In this document: in pieces, positions 28,554-38,052 of the stretch
Layout of the letters: each line of letters opens with the position of its first letter
Position numbering within the stretch: position 1 is the first letter of the stretch
Made by a program: the position numbers and the translations under genes
The notes under the pieces: generated by a model
Databases searched by the model: none
What the model was told of the DNA's origin: nothing
The model's input: only the letters and a program-made list of their open reading frames with translations
Virus record (IMG/VR): IMGVR_UViG_3300008110_000034
Span: 1 to 64,000 of that record
Source: a virus
Length of the DNA stretch: 64,000 nt
Reading direction: 5' to 3' (one strand)

Positions 28554-29612
28554 ATGCATCACGATTTAATTCCGTCTGAAAGAGATCACGAAGGTAAAAT
28601 GGCCCGTGCTGACCTTTTTAAACTAGCACAATATAGTTTTAAGTTATTTAAAATGCTCGATGACAATCAGCAGTTAGATGGCTGGGTACAAGCTAAGATT
28701 ACCAAAGCTGCAGACTATATTGCTAGTGTATATCACTATTTAGAGTACGAAATGAAATTTAGTGATTACGGACAAAAGCTTGAAAATAGCGATCTTTATG
28801 TTGAGTCAATTCGCAATGTCTATACACAAAAACTCACAGAAGCCAAAAAGAAAATGGATAAGCTTAAAGCCTCTTTAGATAAAAAAGAAAAAGAGATGCA
28901 AGAAGGCTTTGACGAAATGGAAAAGTATCTAAAAGATAAAAAAGGTCCTCAGCCAAGTGGCAGTGCTGGTAAGAAGCAAGGATCCAGATACGGCGGCAGC
29001 AAGCAAAAAGACGATGAAGATAAAGAGAAAGACGTTAAAGAAGGTTTTCCAACTGTAGCAGATGCTAAAGCACGCCACGAAAAAGAAAAAGGCACCGGCA
29101 AGTTTGATAAAAAGAAAATTAGTACTGGCACAGTTTACACTCGTAAAGCTGATAAAGATGTTGACGATGAAGAAGATACTCCGAAGAAAAACAAAAAAGT
29201 TAAAGAAGGTGCTAAGCCAGATTTCTTAGACATGGACAAAGATGGCAACAAAAAAGAGCCTATGAAAAAGGCAGTTGCTGATAAGAAGAAAAATCCGTTT
29301 GCTAAAAAAGTCAAAGAAGACACTCGTCTTGCAATGAGCCCTGCTCCTGCTCAGAAAAAATCTGGGATACCAAGTACAGCAACAACTACAGTACCAGGTA
29401 TGAGAGCCACACCTGCTGATTTAAAGAAAGCAAATTCTAGTGCTGCGCTAGGCGAAGGAAAATGCAATCATAGTGCCAAAGGTAAAAAGTGTCCAGTACA
29501 TGGCCTAAAAGAATGTGGTAGTATGTATGAAAGTAAAAAAGTAGTACCTGTAATACAAGAAAGTGCTGAAGTTGCAAGACTTAAAGACTTAACTAAAAAG
29601 CTGTTAGGATAA
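28554..29612 (+). CDS. Charged modular probable head/scaffold-associated protein
   Basis: TAAATA at 28526, GGAG SD; recurring VKEG/VKED junctions; C-terminal ESAEVARLKDLTKKLLG. Confidence 0.55.
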   Translation: MHHDLIPSERDHEGKMARADLFKLAQYSFKLFKMLDDNQQLDGWVQAKITKAADYIASVYHYLEYEMKFSDYGQKLENSDLYVESIRNVYTQKLTEAKKKMDKLKASLDKKEKEMQEGFDEMEKYLKDKKGPQPSGSAGKKQGSRYGGSKQKDDEDKEKDVKEGFPTVADAKARHEKEKGTGKFDKKKISTGTVYTRKADKDVDDEEDTPKKNKKVKEGAKPDFLDMDKDGNKKEPMKKAVADKKKNPFAKKVKEDTRLAMSPAPAQKKSGIPSTATTTVPGMRATPADLKKANSSAALGEGKCNHSAKGKKCPVHGLKECGSMYESKKVVPVIQESAEVARLKDLTKKLLG

Positions 29613-29615
29613 ACC

Positions 29616-30791
29616 ATGGATTTAAAAAATTTAATTAATAAACTAGATACAATTTCTAGCAAAAAAATATTACTAGAATCCACAGATACAGATGTAAAAT
29701 TAGAAACTGAAATACAATCTGTAAAAAAGGAAAACAAAAATGTGCCTAGTATGTCTGACAAACTCATTGAAAGTTTTGGCTATATCGCGGAAGCTAGTCC
29801 AGAGGAACTAATTAGACAACAACCTGCAATGAGTTATGCAGCAAACAAACTAAGCGGTGCAAATGCGACTGGAAGAGATACTACTGCAAACCCTACAGGA
29901 TATGATCCTAAAAAAGTCCAATACTCATATCAAGACGGTAAAGCTAATCCTGACTGGCCTGGAAACAAGCCACCAGAAGATCAAAAAGATACTCCTACTG
30001 ATCAAACCAATCCCACTGATCAAGACAAGCCTAAACCTAAATCAAAATACAATGTAAATCCTGGAACTCGTGCTTATCAACACTGGTTAAACTCGCATGG
30101 TGTCAAGGTTGCTATAGATGGCAAATATGGTCCAGCAACACAAGCTGCTGCCAGCACTATGTTTGAAAAGATCAAGGCAGCTAAAGAAAAAGATCTGTAC
30201 GAGCCAAGATTTCAAGAATCACAGACTATGCTAGGAGTTGGCACAGCCCATAATGTTAAGCCAAGCCCAGGAACAAGTTACATGTGGTTAAACAGTCCTA
30301 AATACTTAGAAGCTATGAAGAAGTATGGATATGATCCTAAGACTGGTAATCCTATTCCTGGTTTCCAACATCCGAATCCAAAACTATGGGTAGGGTTTGA
30401 CAGTGCCACTTCAGGACGGGGAACTCAACCAACTGACCCTAATGCCGCTACTTCAGGAGGCACTGATGCTAAAAGTAAAGCGTCGGCTATCAGTAAGGCT
30501 ATCAGTGGAGCAGGAACAGACGAACAGGCCGTGTACGGTGTATTAGATACAATTAAAAATGCAGAAGAATTTAATCAAGTTGCAGCATCCTACAAAACAC
30601 TCTGGGGAGGGAGTAGAGAGTTAGGCCAAGAACTTGCAGGCGATTTTAGTGGTTATGATCTAGTTATGCTAAATCAAAGATTGATGAAAATTGGATTAAT
30701 TTTGAATACGCAAGGCCAAATAGTTCCAAGAAAAGCCGCAGCAGAATCAGTAGAACTAGATACAATTAAGTTTTTATCAGGACTCAAATAA
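29616..30791 (+). CDS. Probable internal protein with peptidoglycan-binding-like and annexin-like segments
   Basis: AYQHWLN...IDGKYGPAT (PG-binding-like); AISGAGTDEQAV...ELAGDFSG (annexin-like). Confidence 0.55.
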   Translation: MDLKNLINKLDTISSKKILLESTDTDVKLETEIQSVKKENKNVPSMSDKLIESFGYIAEASPEELIRQQPAMSYAANKLSGANATGRDTTANPTGYDPKKVQYSYQDGKANPDWPGNKPPEDQKDTPTDQTNPTDQDKPKPKSKYNVNPGTRAYQHWLNSHGVKVAIDGKYGPATQAAASTMFEKIKAAKEKDLYEPRFQESQTMLGVGTAHNVKPSPGTSYMWLNSPKYLEAMKKYGYDPKTGNPIPGFQHPNPKLWVGFDSATSGRGTQPTDPNAATSGGTDAKSKASAISKAISGAGTDEQAVYGVLDTIKNAEEFNQVAASYKTLWGGSRELGQELAGDFSGYDLVMLNQRLMKIGLILNTQGQIVPRKAAAESVELDTIKFLSGLK

Positions 30792-30815
30792 AAAAGCGCC
30801 GAGGGGCGCTTTTTT
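30790..30815. terminator. Bidirectional Rho-independent terminator
   Basis: AAAAAAGCGCC-GAGG-GGCGCTTTTTT between convergent genes. Confidence 0.9.
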
Positions 30816-31143
30816 AATGCCAACTACCTTGAAAACAATGTCTTACTTCATGTCCAAGTGTGTGCATGTTTAACTGTTTTGAAGTATAGATATCACAACG
30901 GTTACCATTAAAAAAACTACAAGCCTTCACTGACCAACTAATTCCGCCATATCCACGCTTCTTAGATTCTGTATCACAGGTCTTTTGAACATTATCTACT
31001 GGAAACCACTGAATAGTAGAGTTAGTAGTATAGTTATTGTTAGTGCTAAACAGTGCATTTGGATCATCATTAAAAGCATGACCGGTAGTTGTATAAAAAG
31101 CAAGCACAATCAACGATACAGTTTTTTTCATAAAGTCCACCAT
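30814..31143 (-). CDS. Small exported protein with HExxH motif
   Basis: Signal-peptide-like N-terminus; LGHEVRHC. Minus-strand TTGTAT-17-TATAAT promoter at 31164-31192. Confidence 0.55.
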   Translation of the reverse strand: MVDFMKKTVSLIVLAFYTTTGHAFNDDPNALFSTNNNYTTNSTIQWFPVDNVQKTCDTESKKRGYGGISWSVKACSFFNGNRCDIYTSKQLNMHTLGHEVRHCFQGSWH

Positions 31144-31228
31144 AGTTCGTTTAAGAAGTTTGTATTATACATGATTTTGATATCGAATACAATATTTTTG
31201 GTTAAATATCGATTTACATAATTACAAT

Positions 31229-31714
31229 ATGCTGAAAACATTAGAATCCATAGATACAGAACCGTTGTTAAATTGTTACTATAAATTAGAACCAGAAATA
31301 AGTTGGGTAGTATCAAATTGGAGTCAACAAACTGGGATTCAATATAGACGAGATGCTGTTAGTCAAACTGAACCTTGCGAAAGTCTTAAAAACGGACGAA
31401 CAGAATGGGACTACTGTTTTTTACACGACATTTATAAAAACACAATTATTGAAGAATTAGTAACCAAATATAACTTATTTAGAACTAGGCTAATGTGGGT
31501 AGAACCAAAAAGTTGTTATACTATTCACAAGGATCATTCTACTAGAATACACGTACCGATTATAACCAATCCAGGCGCACTTTTTGTTTTTAGAAAAGGC
31601 TTTATGTTTAATTTAGAAGCAGGCAAAATTTATTGGACTGATACAACACTCGAACATACTTTTGCCAATTTCAGTGAACATCCAAGATTACATTTGGTTG
31701 GTTGCATAAAATAA
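31229..31714 (+). CDS. Asp/Asn beta-hydroxylase-like 2OG-Fe(II) oxygenase
   Basis: YTIHKD (HxD), RIHVPI, HTFAN, RLHLV. Confidence 0.7.
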   Translation: MLKTLESIDTEPLLNCYYKLEPEISWVVSNWSQQTGIQYRRDAVSQTEPCESLKNGRTEWDYCFLHDIYKNTIIEELVTKYNLFRTRLMWVEPKSCYTIHKDHSTRIHVPIITNPGALFVFRKGFMFNLEAGKIYWTDTTLEHTFANFSEHPRLHLVGCIK

Positions 31715-31719
31715 AACAG

Positions 31720-31748
31720 TTGACATTTACTTTTTAATAACATATAAT
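31720..31748 (+). promoter_or_regulatory. Sigma70-type promoter
   Basis: TTGACA (31720-31725), 17 nt, TATAAT (31743-31748). Confidence 0.85.
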
Positions 31749-31775
31749 TACTCAGTCTAGGCAAGGAGAAAAACT

Positions 31776-32039
31776 ATGGCAAGAATGTATGGACCAGAAG
31801 AAAAAGCTAAACTTGAAAGATTAATCAACGAAGGCTTTCAAGTACTTAGAGAAGTTGAAGATCTGCAAGAAGGATTGAAAGAAACTGTTAAGGCAGTTGC
31901 AGAGGAACTAAATATTAAACCTTCAGTAATCACAAAAGCAATTAAAATTGCACACAAGGATAACTGGAAGGTACACGAAGAAGAGTGGGAAGAAGTTGAA
32001 GCTATACTTGGTATAACCAATAATCTTCCTAAAGACTAA
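31776..32039 (+). CDS. T4 DsbA/GapR-like dsDNA-binding protein
   Basis: Helical LERLINEG...LKETVKAVAEELNIKPSVITKAIKIAHK pattern. Confidence 0.55.
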   Translation: MARMYGPEEKAKLERLINEGFQVLREVEDLQEGLKETVKAVAEELNIKPSVITKAIKIAHKDNWKVHEEEWEEVEAILGITNNLPKD

Positions 32040-32051
32040 TAAGAAGGTTGT

Positions 32052-32103
32052 TCCAGCCATAAATGGATCTGTTGGTATTTGCGAGCCGAAAATCGCATAG
32101 GAG
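32052..32103 (+). promoter_or_regulatory. Twin-hairpin leader (candidate translational operator) of the DNA polymerase gene
   Basis: TCCA-GCCATAAA-TGGA and TGCGA-GCCGAAAA-TCGCA, directly followed by TAGGAG. Confidence 0.55.
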
Positions 32104-32109
32104 ATATAT

Positions 32110-34779
32110 TTGTACGTAGACGCTTATTTTGATAGAGATTCTGATGTCATCAAAATAGTAGAAAGAAACAACAAGGGAAAAAGAGAATTTAAAGATTTTC
32201 CAGTTCGTTATACTTTTTACTATCCCGATCCTCGTGGTAAATTTACAAGCATTTACGGAGACCCGCTGTCTCGCGTAGTTTGTAGAAATTCAAAAGATTT
32301 CCGTAAGGAAATGGCTATCCACAGTAATAAAAAACTTTATGAAGCAGACATCAATCCAGTATTTGTATGTCTTAGTGAGAACTACCTTAATCAAGATGCA
32401 CCAAAACTAAACATTGCATTCTTTGACATCGAGGTAGACTTCGACCCTGAAAGAGGATACAGTACTCCGGAAGATGCTTTTATGCCTATTACGGCAATCA
32501 CTGTATACTTAAAATGGCTTAATCAATTAATCACTTTAGCTATTCCACCTAAAACTTTAAAAATAGATCAAGCTAGAGATCTTATTAAAGACGTACCTGA
32601 TACACATCTTTTTGAAAACGAAGGAGATATGTTAGAAACATTTCTTGATCTTATCGAAGATGCAGACATTTTAAGTGGATGGAACAGTGAAGGATATGAT
32701 ATTCCTTATACTGTTAATCGTGTTACTCGTGTACTAAGTAAGGAAGATACTAAAAGATTCTGTCTGTTCGGACAGTATCCTAAAAAACGAGAATACGAAA
32801 AATACGGTAAATCTGCCGTGACCTATGATCTGATAGGGAGAGTTCATTTAGACAGTCTTGAACTTTATAGAAAATACACCTATGAAGAAAGGCATTCTTA
32901 TAGACTTGATGCTATTGGAGAAATGGAAGTCGGTGAAACCAAGACTGTTTATGAAGGTACCTTAGATCAATTATACAACAATGACTTTCATAAATTTATT
33001 GTCTATAACAGACAAGACGTAGCACTACTGAATAAACTAGACAATAAACTAAAATTTATAGATCTAGCCAACACACTTGCACATGAATGTACTGTGTTAC
33101 TGCAGACTACTATGGGTGCAGTAGCAGTTACAGAGCAGGCTATCATTAATGAAGCACATCAACGTGGCTTTCAGGTGCCTAATAGACCAAGGCGTGATGA
33201 AGATGAAGATACACAAGCAGCAGGTGCTTATGTTGCATATCCTAAAGAAGGCTTGCAAGACTGGGTTGGTTCATTAGATATTAACAGTCTTTATCCTAGT
33301 GCTATTAGAGCATTAAACATGGGTCCGGAAACTATTGTTGGACAACTAAGGCCTGTATATACAGAAACATACGTCCATGAACAAATGACTCTTAAAAAGA
33401 AATCATTTGCAGCAGCATGGGAAGGCATGTTTGGTAGTTTAGAATTTGAATCTGTAATTAAAAAAGACAAAGCGACGGCTATCACTATTGACTTTGAAAA
33501 CGGTGAAGAAGTTGTCATGAGTGGTGCAGAAATTTATAAATTAATCTACGACAGTAATCAACCGTGGATGATGTCTGCAAATGGAACTATTTTTACCTAT
33601 GAAAAAGAAGGTATTATTCCAGGTTTGTTAAAGCGTTGGTATGCAGAACGTAAAGAAATGCAGGCTAAACTTAAAGAGTGTATAAATGCTAGTAACAAAA
33701 TTGAAGAGGAATATTGGGATAAGCGACAGTTGGTTAAGAAGATTAATCTTAATAGTTTGTATGGTGCTATTCTTAATCCTGGCTGTAGGTTTTTCGATAA
33801 AAGAATCGGTCAATCAACGACGCTTACCGGACGGCAAATTGCCAAACACATGGCAAGTAAAGTCAACGAAATAATTACTGGAGAATACGATCATGTTGGA
33901 AAAGCTATTATCTACGGCGATACTGATAGCTGTTATTTTTCTGCTTATCGGTCGCTTAAAAAAGATATCGACTCGGGCGCGATCCCGTGGACCAAAGAAA
34001 CAGTAGTACAGCTTTACGATCAGATTGGCCAAGAGGTAAACAATACATTTGCCGGATTTATGGAAAATACATTTCATTGTCCTAAATCCAGAGGCGAAGT
34101 AATTAAAGCTGGTCGAGAAATTGTTGGTTCAAAAGCATTGTTCATTACTAAGAAACGTTATGCAGTATTGTATTACGATAAAGAAGGCAAGCGCACAGAC
34201 ACAGATGGAAAGCCTGGTAAGATTAAGGCCATGGGTCTGGATCTTAAACGTAGCGATACGCCAGAATTTATTCAGAACTTTCTGAGCGATGTACTTGAAA
34301 AAGTATTAACAGGTGCCAATGAAGAACAAGTGCTAGAGCATATTTCTAAATTTAGGACTGAATTTAAATCTCGTCCTGGTTGGGAAAAAGGTAGTCCAAA
34401 ACGTGCTAACAATATTACTGACTATGAAGCTAAAGAAAAGCGGCAGGGTAAAGCTAATATGCCTGGACATGTTCGTGCAAGCATAAATTGGAATACGCTA
34501 AAGCGTATGTACGATGACAAATATTCTATGCAGATTGTCGACGGAATGAAAGTCATTGTATGCAAATTAAAAGAAAATCCATTAGGGTTTACATCAGTAG
34601 CTTATCCTACAGATGAACTACGATTGCCTAAGTGGTTCCAGGAGCTGCCATTTGATCATTTAGAAATGGAAGCAACTATTATAGATAACAAGCTAGAAAA
34701 CTTAATCGGGGTCCTAAATTGGGATGTTCGATCAACTGAACAAAATAATACGTTTAACAATTTATTTGATTTTAGTTGA
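32110..34779 (+). CDS. Family B DNA polymerase (T4 gp43-like)
   Basis: Exonuclease FFDIEV and YNRQD; polymerase LDINSLYPS, KINLNSLYG, YGDTDS; TTG start with AGGAG SD. Confidence 0.96.
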   Translation: MYVDAYFDRDSDVIKIVERNNKGKREFKDFPVRYTFYYPDPRGKFTSIYGDPLSRVVCRNSKDFRKEMAIHSNKKLYEADINPVFVCLSENYLNQDAPKLNIAFFDIEVDFDPERGYSTPEDAFMPITAITVYLKWLNQLITLAIPPKTLKIDQARDLIKDVPDTHLFENEGDMLETFLDLIEDADILSGWNSEGYDIPYTVNRVTRVLSKEDTKRFCLFGQYPKKREYEKYGKSAVTYDLIGRVHLDSLELYRKYTYEERHSYRLDAIGEMEVGETKTVYEGTLDQLYNNDFHKFIVYNRQDVALLNKLDNKLKFIDLANTLAHECTVLLQTTMGAVAVTEQAIINEAHQRGFQVPNRPRRDEDEDTQAAGAYVAYPKEGLQDWVGSLDINSLYPSAIRALNMGPETIVGQLRPVYTETYVHEQMTLKKKSFAAAWEGMFGSLEFESVIKKDKATAITIDFENGEEVVMSGAEIYKLIYDSNQPWMMSANGTIFTYEKEGIIPGLLKRWYAERKEMQAKLKECINASNKIEEEYWDKRQLVKKINLNSLYGAILNPGCRFFDKRIGQSTTLTGRQIAKHMASKVNEIITGEYDHVGKAIIYGDTDSCYFSAYRSLKKDIDSGAIPWTKETVVQLYDQIGQEVNNTFAGFMENTFHCPKSRGEVIKAGREIVGSKALFITKKRYAVLYYDKEGKRTDTDGKPGKIKAMGLDLKRSDTPEFIQNFLSDVLEKVLTGANEEQVLEHISKFRTEFKSRPGWEKGSPKRANNITDYEAKEKRQGKANMPGHVRASINWNTLKRMYDDKYSMQIVDGMKVIVCKLKENPLGFTSVAYPTDELRLPKWFQELPFDHLEMEATIIDNKLENLIGVLNWDVRSTEQNNTFNNLFDFS

Positions 34780-34812
34780 AAATTCTAAATACAATCAGAA
34801 AAGGAAAATAAA

Positions 34813-35544
34813 ATGAAAGATATTTTAACAGACATCGTAGCACATACACATAGCCTGTCTATTTTACCTTTGGTAAAAATTACAGGAACTGAGACTGAGA
34901 CTGCCATTGAAGCAATGGCTGAAGATAGATCAGTTATACTCTCTGCAAAATCACATGAGCCGGTTGAAGAGTTCCAAGGAGTTTTTGGAATGCCTAATCT
35001 TGATAAACTAAAACTTCACTTAAACTATGAGGAATACAAAGAAGATGCTAAAATCGAATTAACTAGAGCTGTGCGTAATGGCGAAGAAATTCCAACAGGC
35101 ATTCACTTTGAAAATACAACTGGTGACTTTAAAAACGATTATCGTTTTATGAACGCCGACATTATTAACGAAAAACTTAAAACAGTTAAATTCAAAGGGG
35201 CCAATTGGGATGTTAGTATTGAACCGAGCATTAGTTCAATTCAAAGACTAAAGTATCAAGCTCAAGCACATAGTGAAGAGTCGACTTTCCAAGTAAAAAC
35301 TGAAAACAACAATTTAGTGTTATTCTTTGGTGATGCAGGCACTCACGCAGGAAGCTTTGTATTCCAATCAGATATAGAAAGTAAACTAAAACAGACATGG
35401 GCATGGCCAGTGTCGCAAGTGTTAAGTATTTTAAATCTAAGCGGAGACAAAAAACTGATGATTAGCGATGCTGGAGCTATGATGATCAGTGTAGACAGTG
35501 GTCTGGTAAACTACAACTACATTCTCCCAGCACAGACAAAATAA
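34813..35544 (+). CDS. Probable sliding clamp (gp45/PCNA-like)
   Basis: Size, position right after the polymerase, and a clamp loader elsewhere in the window; no diagnostic motif. Confidence 0.5.
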   Translation: MKDILTDIVAHTHSLSILPLVKITGTETETAIEAMAEDRSVILSAKSHEPVEEFQGVFGMPNLDKLKLHLNYEEYKEDAKIELTRAVRNGEEIPTGIHFENTTGDFKNDYRFMNADIINEKLKTVKFKGANWDVSIEPSISSIQRLKYQAQAHSEESTFQVKTENNNLVLFFGDAGTHAGSFVFQSDIESKLKQTWAWPVSQVLSILNLSGDKKLMISDAGAMMISVDSGLVNYNYILPAQTK

Positions 35545-35553
35545 GGGATAACG

Positions 35554-35817
35554 ATGACATTCGTATTAAACTATGTTAAAGATCATATTCCTCAAATGGA
35601 AATGATTGGAGTAGTAATGCGTATTATAAGTTTTACATTAGTATCATGGTTAGGGCCAGCAAGTCCTTTTATGTTTGTTTGGATTTTTAACACTATAGAT
35701 GCTGTACTTTTAACGTATTGTGCAACTATAAAGAAAGACAAAGCATATACACTTTTAAATGGATTTTGGATCATAGTTGGTCTAATTGGAATTGCTAGGG
35801 CAGGAGGATTGTTATGA
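35554..35817 (+). CDS. Small multi-TM membrane protein
   Basis: Three hydrophobic segments. Confidence 0.55.
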   Translation: MTFVLNYVKDHIPQMEMIGVVMRIISFTLVSWLGPASPFMFVWIFNTIDAVLLTYCATIKKDKAYTLLNGFWIIVGLIGIARAGGLL

Positions 35818-36272
35818 GTGGAATGAGAGAAAAAGATCAAGCAGATTTTGATTTAGAGACATTTGTGGACTTATTTGATACAGCGATGAGTTCAGATAAT
35901 CCAGCAGTACAACGTGCATTAAAGAATCTGATTCTTATTAGTGCTATGGTTAATGCGCAAAATGATCCTAGTGGTTTGACTAAAGGACCACTACGTAGAG
36001 TAGTCGAAGATATGAGACATCTAAGTAGAAGAATAGAGCAACTGGAAAGTGCAGGCGCATATAGATCTACATATACTACAAAAACTACTACAGGTACTGG
36101 AACTCCATACACGCCTAATCAGACTCAGTGGCCTAATGTATTGCCTGGAACTATTCCCCCTGGAACTATAATTGGTGGGCAAAGTATCAGTGGTGGTCCT
36201 AGTAATCTAGCAGCAACTAGTCAAATAGATGTTAAAGTAGGCAATTTATTAGATAAGTTAGAATTAAAATGA
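35814..36272 (+). CDS. Hypothetical protein
   Basis: Coupled ORF; Thr/Gly-rich tail. Confidence 0.55.
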   Translation: MSGMREKDQADFDLETFVDLFDTAMSSDNPAVQRALKNLILISAMVNAQNDPSGLTKGPLRRVVEDMRHLSRRIEQLESAGAYRSTYTTKTTTGTGTPYTPNQTQWPNVLPGTIPPGTIIGGQSISGGPSNLAATSQIDVKVGNLLDKLELK

Positions 36273-37801
36273 ATAAAAATTTAACTGCATCTCAAAACGA
36301 TTATGCATATTTTTTGCCGGCAACTAGCGGGTTTTACGCAACCTTTATTGGTAAGCAACGGTACGGAAATTACGTTGACCCTGCACGTATTCCTAAAAGT
36401 TTTGTCAATGGTATAGAAAGTTTAAATTATCTTGAACCAGAAAAAGGATTATTTTATTATGATCACTGTCTGTATTCAGCAGGTCATGCTAACTTAGATC
36501 TTAACAAACAAGACGAAAGTGAAGACATGTTTCGTAATCGTGACCGCAGTACTTCATGGGTACTAGGTGACTCGGGCGGTTTCCAAATTGGTAAAGGTGT
36601 CTGGGAAGCAGATTGGAAAGATCCTAACTGTCCTAAAGCACAAAAGAAACGCAGTCAAGTGTTAAATTGGATGGATACACTTATGGACTACGGTATGTGC
36701 CTTGATATTCCAGCATGGGTCGCTCGTAGTCCGGAAGGACAAAAGGCTACCGGTATTACTACATATGCAGAAGCAGTGCAAGGAACGTATATCAATAATG
36801 ATTACTTCGTAAACAACAGAAATGGTAATTGTAAATTCTTAAATGTTCTGCAAGGCGAAAATCACGCAGATGCCGAAGATTGGTATCAGCGTATGAAAAA
36901 GTATTGTGACCCTAAGCAGTACAGTGACCGTGCATTTAACGGTTGGGCCATGGGCGGTCAAAACATGTGTGATATACATCTAGTTCTAAAAAGAATCAAC
37001 TCTTTAAGATTCGACGGCTTGCTAGAAAAAGATCAACAAGACTGGATGCACTTTTTAGGAACCAGTAAACTAGAATGGGCTACCTTACTAACTGATTTAC
37101 AACGTGCTATAAGAAAACACCATAACGAAAACTTTACTATATCATTTGACTGTGCAAGTCCATTCCTTGCAACCGCAAACGGTCAAATTTATGTTCAAAC
37201 AGAAATCGAAGATAGAACTAAATGGGTATATAGAATGGTTCCGTCAGTTGACGACAAAAAGTATGCCAACGATACTAGACTATTCAAAGACGTAGTGATC
37301 CAAGATGCAGTTTTTGAAAATTTTGAATCTAGTCCAATTATTGATCAATGTAGTATAAAAGATGTATGTATATATGCACCTGGTGATTTAAACAAAATTG
37401 GTAAAGAAGGCAGTACTAGTTGGGATTCATTTAGCTATGCCATTCAAATGGGGCATAATGTTTGGGCGCATATTAATGCTGTACAAGAAGCCAATCGGCA
37501 ATATGATTTGGGGAAAATTCCGTCAATGTTAGTTGACGAACGCTTTGATAGAGTTTATTATAAGGACATTGTTAACGAAATATTTTCTACAAGCGACAAA
37601 GGAAAGTCAGATAAAATCATTGAAGATTATTCCAAATATTGGATGAGTATTATTGGCACTAGAGGAGCAACAGGAAAAAGAACTGTAAACGCTCATACCT
37701 ATGCAGATAAACTATTCGATATTGACGCCAACGTTGCTAATATTAAAATTCCTAAACTAACCGAACCTGTTCAAACAACCTTTGATACATTATTTGAATG
37801 A
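36269..37801 (+). CDS. dpdA: TGT-fold transglycosylase, probable 7-deazaguanine DNA-insertion enzyme (DpdA family)
   Basis: LGDSGGFQ, LDIP, NVLQG, GWAMGG, HFLG, SFDCAS; linked to folE, queE and a T-fold gene. Confidence 0.75.
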   Translation: MNKNLTASQNDYAYFLPATSGFYATFIGKQRYGNYVDPARIPKSFVNGIESLNYLEPEKGLFYYDHCLYSAGHANLDLNKQDESEDMFRNRDRSTSWVLGDSGGFQIGKGVWEADWKDPNCPKAQKKRSQVLNWMDTLMDYGMCLDIPAWVARSPEGQKATGITTYAEAVQGTYINNDYFVNNRNGNCKFLNVLQGENHADAEDWYQRMKKYCDPKQYSDRAFNGWAMGGQNMCDIHLVLKRINSLRFDGLLEKDQQDWMHFLGTSKLEWATLLTDLQRAIRKHHNENFTISFDCASPFLATANGQIYVQTEIEDRTKWVYRMVPSVDDKKYANDTRLFKDVVIQDAVFENFESSPIIDQCSIKDVCIYAPGDLNKIGKEGSTSWDSFSYAIQMGHNVWAHINAVQEANRQYDLGKIPSMLVDERFDRVYYKDIVNEIFSTSDKGKSDKIIEDYSKYWMSIIGTRGATGKRTVNAHTYADKLFDIDANVANIKIPKLTEPVQTTFDTLFE

Positions 37802-38052
37802 CTTTACCAGACGAAAGATTTCGAGCTGTGCTTAGAACAAGAGAGCTTTTAGTAAACTTGTGTAACCCGCAGCATACTCCCCGAGTTCCTAAAATTATCA
37901 GAGATGAAGCAAGATGGTGTCTACGACACTATCCTGATCATTACGATATGAATAAAACATCTCAAACAAGTCCGGATATTTTTCAAGAAAGAATGGAACC
38001 TGTAACTAAACTTTTTAAACAGTACGAGGAAAGTAAAAATGATCACAATTAA
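37798..38052 (+). CDS. Small hypothetical protein
   Basis: MTLPDERFRAV...ARWCLRHYP; coupled ORF. Confidence 0.6.
   Translation: MTLPDERFRAVLRTRELLVNLCNPQHTPRVPKIIRDEARWCLRHYPDHYDMNKTSQTSPDIFQERMEPVTKLFKQYEESKNDHN

Noticed and set aside
32110-34779. Intein or intron in the DNA polymerase
   Set aside because: The length (889 aa) is normal, and there are no intein terminal motifs or homing endonuclease segments.
36269-37801. Canonical tRNA-guanine transglycosylase (tgt)
   Set aside because: It lacks the C-terminal CxCxxC zinc site, is longer and divergent, and phage context favours DNA modification.
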